From positions 11,904,001 through 11,968,000 of the forward strand of contig OZ024758.1 of assembly GCA_964016885.1 (NCBI GenBank): 64,000 nucleotides of DNA, read 5' to 3'. Position 1 is the stretch's first letter. The number at the start of each line of letters is the position of its first letter. The translations under genes and the position numbers were made by a program. Origin of the DNA: Eledone cirrhosa. Taxonomy: Eukaryota. Positions 14,292-29,842 of this stretch are shown one piece after another. The notes beneath the pieces were generated by a model that saw only the letters and a list, made by a program, of their open reading frames with translations, was not told the origin of the DNA and searched no databases.

Positions 14292-14563
14292 ATTACATGC
14301 AATTAACCCTCAGGCCTTGAAGATCTTCGATCATCGACACATTCCATACCCATCTTGGAAATCCATCTTTATATTTCTAATTAATCTGATCGCAAATTAT
14401 TTGCAGCTGGCGATTTATATATGGAACATTAAAAATTAAATAATTCATCTCCACTTGCAATAAATGCTACTAAAGTTTGATAAATTACTTGATAGTTACA
14501 AGAATAAATCAATTTTCTTCATATAATTTGCTATATTTTAATGAACGAAATATTTAATTTTAT

Positions 14564-14966
<403 letters not shown>

Positions 14967-15184
14967 CTAAGTATATGATGCCATTAAACAAAATAATAAC
15001 ACTTTCGTTAAAATCATTCCAAGTCTTTTTACATACAAATAACAATTATCTTTAATAATTAAGGCAATCTGATGTAATCACACAATAAACATACGTATGT
15101 TAGTAGTTCATTGACATTGGCTCTTTTATAATATCTTTGAAGTAGACTAACGTATATTTATATTTTCATAAATACACAACTACA

Positions 15185-15335
15185 TGGCAAAACCAACTGG
15201 CAGGAGACTCCGAGCAAGATGGTTGGATACCATCCATGAGCATGGCTTGTCTTGCTTCGGGTTCCAGCCAGAACAGTTGGTGCAATATAACTGATTCTTG
15301 GCCTGAATGAAGATATGCTTAGTCTGAGAGTTGCT
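15185..15335 (+). mobile_element. Degenerate RTE LINE fragment (family R2)
   Basis: Similar to 63755-63900 (GCAAAACCAACTGGCAGGAGAC...GATGGTTGGATACCATCCATGAGC). Confidence 0.55.
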
Positions 15336-18300
15336 ATTTCAGAATAGGTTTCGAATTATTTAAACTGTACTATTCATTTGTATACCGTAGGAAGTATGTT
15401 TTTAATTCACATAATCTACATATTTAATGTATGGTTGCAATAATAAAATTGATCGAAAATATATGTAAATTAACCCAAGAAAAATTTACATATTAGATTC
15501 ATCCTGACAGGTTTGAAGTCTCATTCATTGGTAGAGTCATGTTTGCATTCCATCTCCATAACATTAATAGCAATTTTTATATTACATAAGTTAATCGTAT
15601 TCTAATATTGATTCCACACCACAATTTACTAAACTTTATTTGACTTTACTTTTAAAATTTCAGTCACGAAATACACAATTATCTCTTAGCAATATCAAGT
15701 AATTATAATAAGGAAATAAAAAGCGTTTACATTTTAATAAAATTTAATTATAATACTTTGGACAAGATAATGATAGAAATAAAAAGAAGATTGTCATCTC
15801 CATTGCTAACAATATACTAAAATCATCAATATTTATTACATCTAACTTTTCTTTAGTTAAGATACAATATTACTCAAAATTAAATCAACACCTTTACATA
15901 TTGAGTCACAGATTAGACACACAAAATTAACTATGTGTTGCAGTGCGCAATTAGTTTCCCCAATAACAATTTAACCAATTAAAAAGATTTGATTTATCTG
16001 TGAGTCAACATCCTTTAGCCACATCAAATTTATCATTTTACCAGAGATACTATTAGCTGGAAATTCATAATTACCTTTCGAATTCTATAAATTTCCTCAA
16101 GTATTTCTCAAATGCGTTTCAAGAAATCTATTTTCAGTTCAATACCATCATTCATATATCATTTTATATAATATCTGTTACATTTTCTCGTGCTGGGCAA
16201 ATTGAGATTTTACTGCTTATTCGGAAATATTAATATGAACATTTCTTTAACTTTTAACCAACGAAATATATAACAATTTTATGAACATGAAATATGTTTT
16301 GTGTAGACATTATTCATAATATAAATTCAATGATTTTCACATATGTTTAACATCAGAGCATTCCCAGTTATGCTGTAATACTTATGATGGAAGATAAACC
16401 CACACAGATTGCGGCAAATTGTAAGAACTGTCAGACACTAACCTCTAAGCCTGACTCAAGAATTCATGATCAATTATCTTGATGGTTCTTACTGGTAATA
16501 ACATGAGTATCCACAAGACATATCAAAGAATGGATCCATTTAATTTCCACTCAAATTTCTCTGTCGTGAATTTATAAAGAGTTCTTCGAAATATTATCTA
16601 ACATTATGCCTTATCATTTCCAAGCAAATACAATTTAATGCCTGTGTTTGCAATACTTACAGAAGAGTTGGCATTCATTCTGTAAGAATAATAGTACTGG
16701 AGGATGTGAAAATAAGTACACACAATCATCTCAATGCTAATAAATTATCCTACATAACTAGCTAAACCAAATACTGAATCTGCACCAATGTGATGACAAC
16801 AGAGTGAATTCCTTGAAGACAAGAAATATTTAGTTATGATCAATCGTTAAAAAATGTCGCAGCTCCATGGCAGTAAGATCCAGGTTTACATCAACACATA
16901 ATTACATATGTAATAGTTGACATACATGAAGTTTTTGTTTAATCCCGAATCATAAATTATTCACTCTTATTCTTATTTACCGATTAACTATTTTTCTCTG
17001 CTAAGTTCGAATCAGCATGTTACTTATTGTTATTTGCTATATTCCACACAATCACCCTTGTGTCACAAGGGCATTTGTATTTCCGCATAAGCTAATGGGT
17101 GGTTATGTATTTCACTAACTCTACTTATTGTTAATTTTTACCGCAATGAGAGTGTCGTAGGGAACTATAGATATATTACAAAACATGTATTATAATAAAG
17201 ACATTTAGCAAAGGGCAATCGAAATCTAATAGAAACTTCTACAAAACAGGAAATAGTAAGAAAAGAAACAACATTCTCTTTTGAAGGAATCAAAATTGTA
17301 CAAATCAAACGTTGAAATATTTCAAGGATCAAGGATCAAGACCATAATCTTTGATACATGCAAATTTTATACAAACAATATGGCTATATAATATCACATA
17401 AAAATCATATCAGGGAATGTGTTTGAATAACCAATAACTTCAACAGTAAATATATATTACATGTGTGTTAACTCAGTTGATTTTGATATTCTAGTGAACT
17501 AAAAGGAAACCCATAGATTTTACATGTCATTGCGTATGTGAATTATTTAAAGTTTATTACATCCACTGGGTTGTAATAAAAGCTTTCTATTTTATTAATA
17601 GAACTCTACCTTTAACAGAAGAAAACTGTATCTAATAGCTCTAAACATTATTACTTTCTTATCAGCAACAACTGACATTACATTTAATAGATGAATTGTA
17701 TTTGAAGTCACTATTAAAATCATGAAGTTACTCTAGCAAAAAGAAGAGGCTATAAATATGTGGGAAACATTGATAGTATACATACATACATTCATACACA
17801 CACACACATACACACACACATATATATATATATAATATATATAATTTTAAAGCAGATACGTATTCTAAATAATTATCACGCCACATGGAATATTATTGCA
17901 TTTCATTCAAAGAACACACGAGAGACATGTTGGTGCATTCATTCCAAGAGTACATAAAAAAAATATATATATATCGATTAAATCAATTCAGAAGAAACAC
18001 GTAATGACATTTGGTGCTGGAATCTAATATGCCGTGAAATTCCGAGTGGAAATTCTCAGTGTGAGAATCAAATTAATTACATTAAAAATGATAAAAAATA
18101 AGATAAAAATCTAAAGGAATTAAAAAAGGATATTGATGAATTCAGTATATTTTGTAATATATAATATAATTTTTTACGTAATCTGATAATATACATAAGG
18201 ACATCATAAAATATTGTTCAACGATATGTTATGAGAAAAAGGGAAAAATCTTAAAAAGCAAAGAATTCAACACAAAATTTAAATAAAATAATTTACTTTA

Positions 18301-19685
18301 ATTCAATAAACTGTCCCGTATAAGTTAATGGAATAAATATAAATTATTTGATGAAAGTTCTGGTTTTATTTATGCAACAATTCCCTATTAATCCTATTCA
18401 GAAGGAAAAAAATATCATTATGCTTCCATTCTTCTCCTTAGAGAATTTGGCATTTGCAAGTTATATATATATATATATTTCTTGTATTTACATGAAGGCA
18501 CATACTTATGTTGTGTAGTTCCCTTACAGCTTTATAAATATCTTAACCAAATGTTACAAATACTTCTCTACATTTCACCAGCAATTATACCCAATCCTAG
18601 TGCAATCGTCTATGACTGAACGTATCTTCTCACATCCATTCTCATCTTTTCTGAGGCGTTTCTAAATTCATGTGTATGTTTGCAGAACATGGAATGTATA
18701 TAATATACATATATATTGTTTGCATGTAAGTTTGTAGATTTAGTATGATTTATGCTAAACCATGAAATCATTAACATTGCACCTAGTATTGACTATGTAT
18801 ATTGTGGTAATGAGATTTATATTAGTGGCAGTGGAAATAGGGCTACTGATTATGGAGAGTTTGTGTGATTTCTGTATAGTGGATAGTCAGATTAGTGTTT
18901 TAATGATAAAGATAAATTTTGGTTGGATACCATTTAGACAGGAAACTGTTGATGAAAGAAACGTCTTGTTGATTTGATATTCGAGAGGGGTTTCTGGGAT
19001 GATATAAGTATCTTTCTAGCTTAGTTCTGTGTAACAACTGAATAGACTGTAATAACAGTAAAGCAAATATGGAGAACGTTGAAGTATGAGTATGTAATAA
19101 TGGGTTTTCTAAACTACTAAGATATCAATCTCTCTGGTTTTAGAAGACCTGTAAAGCCTAAGGAAATTCCACCTTCTTTATGTACCACACGTTCGTAAAA
19201 TCGGTTAAAATCATCATTTTATTTCACGAAATTCAACTAAATGTACGCAAGTATGTATGTAATGAAGGTTGTATTTCAATTTCCATTACATACAATGACT
19301 GAAACATCGATGTTGAAATATGTACACAAGATATTCAACTGTTAACTTTTGCAAAAGCATTTTACGGACTTTAACATCTTGTATGGTACTTGTATAACTT
19401 GTGGCTAATGCAGAACTAATTCTCAATAAAGTCGTTAAACTACTCTGCAAAATGATGTAGAAAGTTGTAAAAGGATGTAGTAGAGTTAATTAGAGATTTA
19501 ACTATTCCCAAATCCAGAATTTGTTTAATAAAATAGACAACAGAATAAAATAGAATAGACAATATGCTTATAGCTCAAGAGTCTCATTTCTCATTCTGTA
19601 GAATATATACATATAAGCAATCATTTCTCTCTCTCTTTCTCTCTATTTTCGTAGGTATATGTATGCATATACATATATATATATA

Positions 19686-19716
<31 letters not shown>

Positions 19717-19723
<7 letters not shown>

Positions 19724-20068
19724 GTGAGGGTTTTTTTTAACAAAATGAAATATAACCGAGGTGTCCTACACGAGTGAAAGTATAAAGAAAAAAGATGAAA
19801 TCGAAAATGCAACTGGAGTCTTATTTAAAAAATATATATATATATTTATTTGGTTCCTTTACCGGTTTCGCAGTTCTTCTGCTTTTCAAAAGTAGAGTTG
19901 AGATGGAGGGTCTGTCGTTTTTCACAGATGTGAGAAAAACCACAGACCCTCCATCTCAACTCTACTTTTGAAAAGCAGAAGAACTGCGAAACCGGTATAG
20001 GAACCAAATAAATATATATATATATTTTTTAAATAAGACTCCAGTTGCATTTTCGATTTCATCTTTTT
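19717..20068. mobile_element. Palindromic two-ended insertion, family D
   Basis: ~19790-19925 is the reverse complement of ~19934-20068; the left arm carries ~70 extra nt (outer tail); (TA)n flanks. Confidence 0.85.
19857..19892 (-). ncRNA. Hammerhead with U3-A8 core variant (mirror copy 19965-20000 on +)
   Basis: CTT-TTGAAAA-GCAG-AAGAA-CTGC-GAA-ACCGGT-A-AAG; palindromic stem III, GUA site. Confidence 0.7.
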
Positions 20069-20080
20069 ATATATATATAT

Positions 20081-20154
<74 letters not shown>

Positions 20155-20575
20155 CGGAGGAAGAGCAAAATAAATTTATTAACTACATACTCAATAGTGA
20201 ATTAAATTAAGCATTAGCTAAACATTTTGCAAATGTCCATATATTTTTCTATATATAGAACATACCATTCACGCTGTCAGGAATACTATTGTTTATTGTA
20301 GTAAAATTCAACAAATGGCACCAGCTTGCTTCTATAGTTTATTCTACGTCATACCATATTTTAAATTTTATTGACCGCGCTAATATAATTCTATATTTGA
20401 TTCCTTTTCTATTTTCTTTATCTTATCATTTCATATTTTACATATATTTATAAGTGTGACATTTTTTAACTTTAATATGTATATATATGTGTGTATGTGT
20501 GTGTGTGTCTGTATGAGTGTGTGTGTGTGAGTGTGTATATGTGTGTATGTGTATGTATGTGTGTGTATAAATATA

Positions 20576-20630
20576 TTGTTATATTTTGGGAGGGTCGTGC
20601 TGCCAATAAAAACACACGCACCTGTTGGGT
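20576..20630 (-). mobile_element. Family A PLE inner-end fragment
   Basis: ATTGTTATATTTTGGGAGGGTCGTGCTGCCAATAAAAACACACGCACC matches 7385-7433. Confidence 0.8.
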
Positions 20631-20663
20631 TTATATATAAACACACACATATACATACATTTT

Positions 20664-20719
20664 AGTCCAGAATTAGCCGTCGAAACGGGTTGAGCTCAGC
20701 CGTCGGGGTCCTACTCGTT

Positions 20720-20723
<4 letters not shown>
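20664..20723 (+). mobile_element. Family B inner arm only
   Basis: AGTCCAGAATTAGCCGTCGAAAC...CTACTCGTTCCTA-(TA)n. Confidence 0.85.
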
Positions 20724-20789
<66 letters not shown>

Positions 20790-20794
<5 letters not shown>

Positions 20795-20981
20795 TGATAA
20801 AAGGAAAAGAAAATGCTGAAAAATTGTTCCCAGTGAAAAATAGTTTAATTAGGAATAAGTAAAAATTAGTAATAAGTATTGGTTAGTATTCAGTTTTAGT
20901 TTTATGTTATTACCGGTTGCGTATTTCTAATGCTTTTCAAAAATAATTTTGAGATAGAGCGCCCGTGATGTTTGCTCTAAT

Positions 20982-20985
<4 letters not shown>
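20790..20985 (-). mobile_element. Family E fragment with variant hammerhead-like motif (~20907-20945)
   Basis: Reverse complement of ~9865-10055; TTGAAAA-GCATT..AATAC-GCAACCGGTA. Confidence 0.7.
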
Positions 20986-21017
<32 letters not shown>

Positions 21018-21066
21018 ATAATAATAAATGTGAAAGCAGCGATTCTTTGCTAAGACTTTAATCTGT

Positions 21067-21099
<33 letters not shown>

Positions 21100-22074
21100 C
21101 TTTCATATATATATATCATGTTTTCTATGATTCCACCTCGTATATTTCTTCTTCTCCTACTCCTCCTTCTCTTCCTTTCCCTTCTTCTTCACCCACTTAT
21201 TCCTGAGAAGGTCATTATGAATTGCTTGGGTGTTTTTTCTATTCTATTGAAAGCATTCAAAGCGTAAGGTTAAATATTTTCATGTTAGCTTTATCATTCT
21301 AAACATGCATATTACCCTAGGGGCTATTTCTATTTCCAGCACCTGCATACTCACTCTTTCTATACGTACTACTTTATATTTAAAGAATATTCTAGTATCC
21401 TGGCATACGGATTTCATCTTGTTTTCTGATCAATCAAACATCTGTATTTCTCAATTTCCTTCACAATTCTATACTTACAAGATAAAATTTGTCGGCCATT
21501 GTTTATCTTGCTATAGTCTAAACATGACAACTACGGTCTTGTTTGTAGCTAATATTTTACCTCCCTCACAATATCTACAGTCGTTTCTTTTTCTTATTCA
21601 TAACTATCTTCTGTTTCAATTTCTAATTTGTATTTCTCGGTATTTTGTAAATAGAACCATTTTATTTGTTTATTCATGTTTGTTTTGTAATTCTTTGCAT
21701 TAGATTTTCATTTTTCTTTACATGTTATTGGAGATAATTGTAAAATATTCGTGTTAAATATGACTCTTTTACATTTAAAATCCACCTGCAGTTAATATTG
21801 TACTTTAGAGGAATCACATCTTGTTATTTTTTTCTATGCAGTCTTGTTAGATCGCTCAGTGTCTGAATAAAAATGTAATAATTGAATTTATCATTGTTAT
21901 AGCTTTATTAACGATGCTTGTTATTTCATTGATTTTTATATAGCTTGTTTTATTATTATTTTTCTCAGGTGTCTATAATATATCTGTGTGATTATTTATT
22001 TCATTCGTACAATTTATGAACCTATTAATTCCAAAAGACGTATATAATTTTATATCTTTTTCTGGTTTATAATA

Positions 22075-22258
22075 TGTTTGGGGAGGCCCAGACGTGTGTA
22101 ATGCCAAACAGATTCATCCACGACAACCTTCAACCCATGCATTATATGCTAATGACGGTAAATGAGGAATTTATCGTGGGTGGGGCCTTGATCTGTTTGG
22201 ATACCTGGATCAATCGAAAGCTTTCAATAATGTTGACCAACAGTACTTGGTGGCTCTT
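22075..22258 (+). pseudogene. L1/Tx1-like reverse transcriptase fragment
   Basis: QTCVMPNRFIHDNL...GALICLD and, in a shifted frame, LDQSKAFNNVDQQYL resemble the non-LTR RT Q-x-G..R-I-x-DN and LD-x-x-KAFD-x-V motifs. Confidence 0.75.
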
Positions 22259-24099
22259 ACAAAAGAATGGATGACGACAAATAAAATGAATAGACACCTA
22301 TTGGCACCATGCTGTATCTTATAATCGCTACATTAGAGATGCCAACTCTTATCTATATTGCATGTAGTGAGCGAATTTGAGACATTATTGCAAAATTTGC
22401 TGATTCTGAAATATGTATTCCGATACATTTCCATTTATGAACTAATATTTAGTTGAGGGAAAGAACATTCCTAAATGGCAAATGTAACTTCATTACTTTT
22501 TTATTTATGTTATATCATGCTGTAGTGTTATTCTAAATTGAGAAATTAGAATTATCTAATTGCAAATTCGGTTGCGTTTGAGAGAAGAAATTTAGTAAAT
22601 AAAAGCCTTGAAGTAGAAAAAATATTATAGTAGACTTTCTGACTACTGATATACGTAACGAAGTATTGCACTAATATCATCAATATCATTGACTCTATTT
22701 TCTGATGTTTAGTTCTCAATCTTCTTTCTAATTATCTGTAAATATTGAAAATAGTTAGTTATTACTTAAAAAATAAAGTAGTAGTAGAAGTAATAACACA
22801 ACTAGGCAGTATTAAGTAGTATTAAGAAAGTTTCAAGTGAGCTGGAGAGCAGAAGCACTTCAGAGAAGAAGCGTACCACCCCACTTGTAATTGTTTCTGC
22901 CCTGAACTTCTTACACTGTAAGGGAACCGGGACTAGATGAATAATAAGCAAAAGTAGTAATAAAACTAGATACTTTATAAGAGCAATATTGATTGGAGGA
23001 CGTGTACTAAACAATATCAATAACAATGTAATTCAAAGCCTTGAATGGGAAAAATTATTATTGTTGGTTAAGCCAGGTTATGTCTTATCAAAGGGTCATA
23101 GGATTAAAGCCATATCAGCCTTCCTTACCACAACCATTCTTTATTTTATTTTCGGCCTCATCTTATCCATTTCCATCATAACAACAAATCTTTTTCTGCA
23201 GATATTCGAACAAATATTGCTGGAAATAGAGCTGTTATTTGCTGGAAACTGAATGATTAAGCAGTTGTTTCTTTTTATCTATAAGGATGAAAGTTAAAAC
23301 TCTAATCCAATCCAGGGCCCTTTCAATTCTACTGAAGGAACCCCTCCCTGCTTGACCTCAACTTCATTCTTTTGAGTGTTGGTCATATCAGGAGTGGAAC
23401 TGTTCTCACCACCCGTAACTAATTGTGGCTTGGTAAGGCTATTCAACCTCTAGTTGGGGGTAGATACCTTTTGAATCTGTGGATTGTATCCCCCCTTTTA
23501 ACAGCTCTTACTTTATTTTGTGCTGCTGGTAGAATTTAATTATAAAACATATATGGACATGCCATTTGAATATTTTGTTATATTACATTGAATATTTCAA
23601 AATGTCCATTAGAAAATATTATGACACAATAAGATTTTGCTAGTAGTCATAGCATTGTTAGATAACATGCAAATGATGACATATCATGTGAAATTGTGGA
23701 TTCAAGTAGGTTAAATTTAGAAACATTTAATACTGACTAACTCTTAAAAATAATTATCTATAAATGTATAGCTATAATCACAGAATATCCTTATACGGAG
23801 GGAAGAATATTGAATTTTGCAAGTTTCCTGTTCACGTCATCTTGATAACTTTGGTCAAAATATAAAAAAAAGAACAAGTGATAATATAAACTTTGCGATG
23901 GATTCAGCATTTATAAGTTATCCTTCTTCGCTACAGAAATCAATATATATAAACTTTCTCTGTAATGAGAATTGGAGCCATTCCCATTGCAACAGAATGC
24001 TCAATAATTCTACCACATTAAACTCACAGTTTTCGCCATATGAAACTAAATTATTATAAAAATGTATGCAACACTACACACGCACTGCCATATGTATGG

Positions 24100-24193
<94 letters not shown>

Positions 24194-24305
24194 GTGTATA
24201 TATATATATATACATATATACCGTCGCATATTTGGTAGGTCAGGCGTGATCATCGTGATTCACATACGACCTACCATACATCTTGCTTACATATATATAT
24301 ATATA

Positions 24306-24365
<60 letters not shown>

Positions 24366-24534
24366 CATATATATATAAATGTTGCCACCGATAGATAGTA
24401 TTAGAAATTGTTTCCTTGGACCGATTTGACGAAAGTCGATCGACTGTCTATACATACATACATATATATATATAGCATGTATATATATATACATACATGC
24501 ACACATATATATATGTACGTATATATATATAGTA

Positions 24535-25138
<604 letters not shown>

Positions 25139-25731
25139 GCTTGCTTGAAGCATTGTATATAATATATAACGTTGAAAGAGATATATAGTTGTCTCCAAAT
25201 TTTGGGCACAAATGTTTACGAAAAAAACGTAGCTTAGTTCTGAAACGAAAATCTCAAATGGACATATTATTGATTTAGTTGTGGAACATAAAGTTGGTGG
25301 CATTGAATATAATATATTGCAGGAAAGTGACAGCTGGAAGTGTAAACTTATTATCGATGTTTCTGAAGTGATTATATTCAGCTGAAAACCAGCAACCGCA
25401 TCACTAAGCTGGAAAAAAATAGAACATTGGTTTAAATAAATACAGAAATAGTTTTATCGGTGTATTGTCATCTTTCTGTCGTTATTCCACCGTTGAAGTT
25501 TTTGGTGATGACAATGATGATGAAGATAATAATGAATAAGACGACAGATGAGTAGGAATTGTCCATGGCGATGGCAATGGCGATGATCCGATGAAGACAA
25601 TAACAAAGGAGTGACAATGGCACTGACTATGATGACTAAGTGACAATAGATGATGATGCCGATGATGATGACGGTGATAGTTTATTAAAAAGAAAACGAA
25701 CCTAATAATGTTAGCGCTCATTGTTATTATA

Positions 25732-25885
25732 GATTGGGAGTATCGGTAGATAGTCAGTCGTCATGCTTTACAGTATAGAGTTACGGCCCTTTTCGGTCTG
25801 AGTTCAAATTTCGCCGTGGTTAACTTTGTCGTTCATCCTTACTGGGATAATTGCTGGTCTTGTGCCAAAAGTAGAAACAATTATT
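25732..25885 (+). mobile_element. SINE S1, diverged, internally deleted
   Basis: B-box GAGTTCAAAT, TTCATCCTTAC, GTAGAAACAATTA. Confidence 0.8.
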
Positions 25886-26534
25886 ATAACATTTTGAAAC
25901 TAATTGTCATTATATATTTTATCAGGCATCGGTAATTATTTTACGAAGAAAATCGTTTGATATTAATGTCTCATACTACGTCTGAGTTTATTGGTTACAT
26001 ACCAAGAGGTATTTTTAAAAAATACTTATAGCAAGTATCTCATCTGTTTAAGTCATTAAATTGTGCAAACTAAAAAATGTACCATTGGTCTTTTATAATG
26101 ATGTATCTATATTTTGAATCTTCTAATTCATTTTGCAACTTTCCTACCAATTATTTATAACATTGTATCACATCTAAAAAACATATATGTGTCACAGTAT
26201 CAGTATTTATGTATGTGATGTATTGGGAAATATTCTTGTCTCTATATGCCACTCTTTCCAACAGCTTCTATTGATATGTGATGTGTAACACCTCAAATAA
26301 AATGATGATGAGAGGAGATGGATATGAATATCTGTTAATATTTGTTGAACTTTGACCTATTTTCGAAAAAGATGCAATCTGTTTCCTTGGCCTTCCTGTG
26401 GGTGTTTATAGAGTAGAACTCTTTTTTGCCTGTTTTAAGGCGAGTGCTCCAGTTTAAGATACAGTATTTCCACTCTACAGTTTTAAAGATGGTCACAACT
26501 ATCATAGACACCTGGCGTCCATTATATACTCATC

Positions 26535-26630
26535 TTCTTCCTTCTTCTTCACTCATTTATTCTTGAGGGGGTCGTGAGTCCAGAGTCCTTAATCGCTCCT
26601 TCCAGCGAGTCCTGTCATAAGCAACCATCA
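26535..26630 (-). mobile_element. RTE LINE 3' end (family R2); a similar stub lies at 21180-21215
   Basis: Reverse complement similar to 63865-63950 including the GAAGAAG tail. Confidence 0.55.
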
Positions 26631-27407
26631 TATACCCAGCAGTAAATAAATAATAAACATCATCCCATCCAGGTATTTATTTGTACTTCATTAGCGAAGG
26701 CTAAATTTATCAGTTACATTTTAAGACACTAACCTTTGCAGAATGATCTTATTTCTGTTACTATCAGACAGGGTGAACAAATAGAGGTTCCCAGAAGAAT
26801 ACATTTGTTAAAAACTACAATAAATAATTCCAGAACATCCTTCAGCAACATATAAAATGCAGCTTAATGCCGACCATGTTTATTCGTGTTTGCATGCTTA
26901 CTATTTAAGTGACATGAAATGTTCTAAAATATAAGACTTTAGCTATTATCGAATATGAAAGGCTGTAGAGATAAACATTCTTCGCGCTGTTATATATTGT
27001 CCACTCTATTATATGAACCAGAACCCTGAAAGTTAACTTACGTATTATCAAATATATTACATGTCTTCGAAAGGCGGGCTTATAAATGACATTTGAATAT
27101 AACATGAAATATGTCGAAAACAAATACAATTTTATCAAACTTATAGATAAAAAAAACTAATATATCTTTGTATTCATAATTTGTAATACAAATATATTTA
27201 CAGAAATCGATAATACAAAGACAAAAGTATAGGAAAAGAGCCACTCCTTATGAGAAAAAATACAACATATTACTTTAATAGTAATAATATCGAGGATTGG
27301 AAAGACATAAAATAAACAAAATATAATAAGTACATCAACCGAGGAACTGGGAGTGTGATACATGTTATTTAACTTGATGTGATTGGCTGAAACCTAATAA
27401 TAATTTC

Positions 27408-27575
27408 TCCTATAGGCACAAGGCCAACAATTTTTTTTTGGGGGGGTGGGAAAAGTCGATTAAATCTGGTACTTTATTTATCGACCTCCTAAGGATGGCA
27501 GGCCACGCTAAACTCGGCGGGATTAGCTTTGCTTTTCATCCTTATGAAGTCGATAAAACAAAGCGCCAGTAGAAT
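27408..27575. mobile_element. Two SINE S1 fragments joined in opposite orientation
   Basis: 27408-27520 minus (GGTACTTTATTTATCGACC); 27515-27575 plus (TTTCATCCTTATGAAGTCGATAAAAC). Confidence 0.7.
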
Positions 27576-29407
27576 AGACAACATATATAAGTATATCAAA
27601 AAAGGACCCAGGAAAGGGATAGACGTCATTCACCTGAGGTGAGTGGATGATACCTATTAATAAATATAAGTTTATTAGTAATATATATATATCAACCTTT
27701 TGATGACATAACACTTAACATTTCAAAGTAAAATATATTGCCGTTTATTTCAAATATATAACTATAATTTATTGTTACTGCAAAGTTAAAAATGACCAGA
27801 ATATTCTGAAACAGATGTTAAGTAGATAATTTCCTATTATATATTCTATAAACACTTTCTTTTTAGTCAATTCCATTACTGTATATTTCTTTGAATGCAA
27901 CATTTTTGTTCAATATGTCATGGTGAACAACGGTTTCTAATGCTGCCTCATATATATTCATAAAACAAAATTGATAGAATACGGTTCTATGTCTGCTTAT
28001 CATTCTCAGCCTCACCCATACTCTCATTATCATCATCATCATCAATATAGTCACTCTATGTCCAGAGATTGAAAACTAGTTCATTGTCATGAATATTATT
28101 ATTTGACTGGAATATATGAAATCAACAATTTCAGTTACTCGATTCTTACAATATATTATAATGTGTCATGTGGGAAACAGGGAGGAATATTGCAACGAAA
28201 TGTAAAGTTGAATGCCAATATAAAGTACGATAAATTACATTACCAAGTTTTTCAAAATGATAGAGGAAGTTCATGTCCAGGATATCTGCAAATACATTGT
28301 ATTTTGATATATATGGTCAGGAAAAGTGTGTCATATCTCTTGGGGATGTTGAGAAGAGGTTTAAAGGTTTACTTTTTATTATGTAGATGTTAGAAATAAA
28401 ATATAGAAAAGGCCAAAATAAAATATAAAGGCCAAAATGTAATAAGCAACAGAGAAAATATGAAGGAAACTTCAGAAAATCATTACCAATCTTTAGAAAA
28501 TATTAGGGAAAAAATGCCAGTAGGTTTTTCATATGCCTATATAAATTTCTTAGCATTTTCCTTAACAATTTCTTGACATGAAAGTCCAATTCTGGCATCA
28601 GCTTAAGATAAAATTTATCGGAGGTTACAATAAGCAAACTTCATGTTTACTGAAGTACGATCCATCACTACAGAAAAGATTACATACACCTTAAAATAGT
28701 ATAACACATTAAGCTGACCAGTTTATTCAATATAAGTTGTAATGTATCACAGAGAAGGTTAGTAACCAGCAGCCAAATTAGTCCTAATTTAGACCTTATC
28801 ATCTGATACGTTAATGGACACATTAGATAATGCTGTTCTGGATATAGAAAGTCTGAGAAAAAGTAATAAGTCACGATGGTCATGTATTGAATGTAATTAT
28901 TCTTAGAATTGCTAGCGATAAGAACATCAGTAATAACAGTAGAATGCCTGAAGAACAATTTAACTTGACAATTACTAAAGTATTTGTATTATTGTGAGAA
29001 TTACTAAAACCTGTGTTATTCTTAACATTTCATTCATTAAATAGATAGACTCTGTAACCTTCATCGCCATCTTTATTTCTCTGTAGGAGGGGGAGGGGGG
29101 TGTTGTGATTTTCTTTACAAGCATACAAAGATTCTGCGATCTGTTAGCATTAATCGACATAACAGTCTACCTTTGAGATTGTATGCTCCCTATTATTTAG
29201 GTATTGTATTTCCAAATGTTTATTTGTCAATCAAATATCTCCACAATAAAACACTGAGACATTGATAGCTGTGTTTAAAGCCTTACCCGTGTTCTGTCTA
29301 TCGTGTTTTTATAGATAAATCTTTATGACATACGCAGTTGACTTGAACTGTTTCACTTAACTTGCAGATCTTATTTGAGGTAATGATCTGAATTGGCTCA
29401 GGTAACA

Positions 29408-29582
29408 GATGTAAGATGAATTCAACTCTTCTTCTTAGCCCACTTATACCTGGGAGGGTCGTAGGGAAAGTGTTCTCAATCACCCCTTCCAGCAGCTCCT
29501 TTCAGAAACAATCGCCTCCGTCTTATTATCTGGCTGGATACCCAGGCATGACCAGCCAAGCTAATGGATGTTATCCACGGGT
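29408..29582 (-). mobile_element. RTE LINE 3' end (family R2)
   Basis: Reverse complement TGGATAACATCCATTAGCTTGGCTGGTC...CAGGTATAAGTGGGCTAAGAAGAAG matches 63800-63950. Confidence 0.75.
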
Positions 29583-29644
29583 TCTACCAAGATTTCCACC
29601 CCAAAACAATATATTAATACTGTTGTACAAATTGTAATGACACA

Positions 29645-29842
29645 GGGCGGTGGATTGGCAGTATCGGTAGAGGGTCGGACGCTATGTTATGCTTTTCAGC
29701 ACAGTGTTACGGCCCTTTATAGTCTGAGTTCAAATCCCACCGAGGTTATCTTTGCCTTTCATCCTTACGGGGTCGATAAAATAAAGTACCAGTAATACAC
29801 TGTGATAATTGCTGGCCTATTTGCCAAAAGTAGAACCAATTA
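29645..29842 (+). mobile_element. SINE S1 full length
   Basis: A/B boxes, body and tail as at 1833. Confidence 0.9.

Noticed and set aside
21300-21720. 132-aa ORF or LINE remnant
   Set aside because: No recognisable motif on either strand; cannot be assigned by eye
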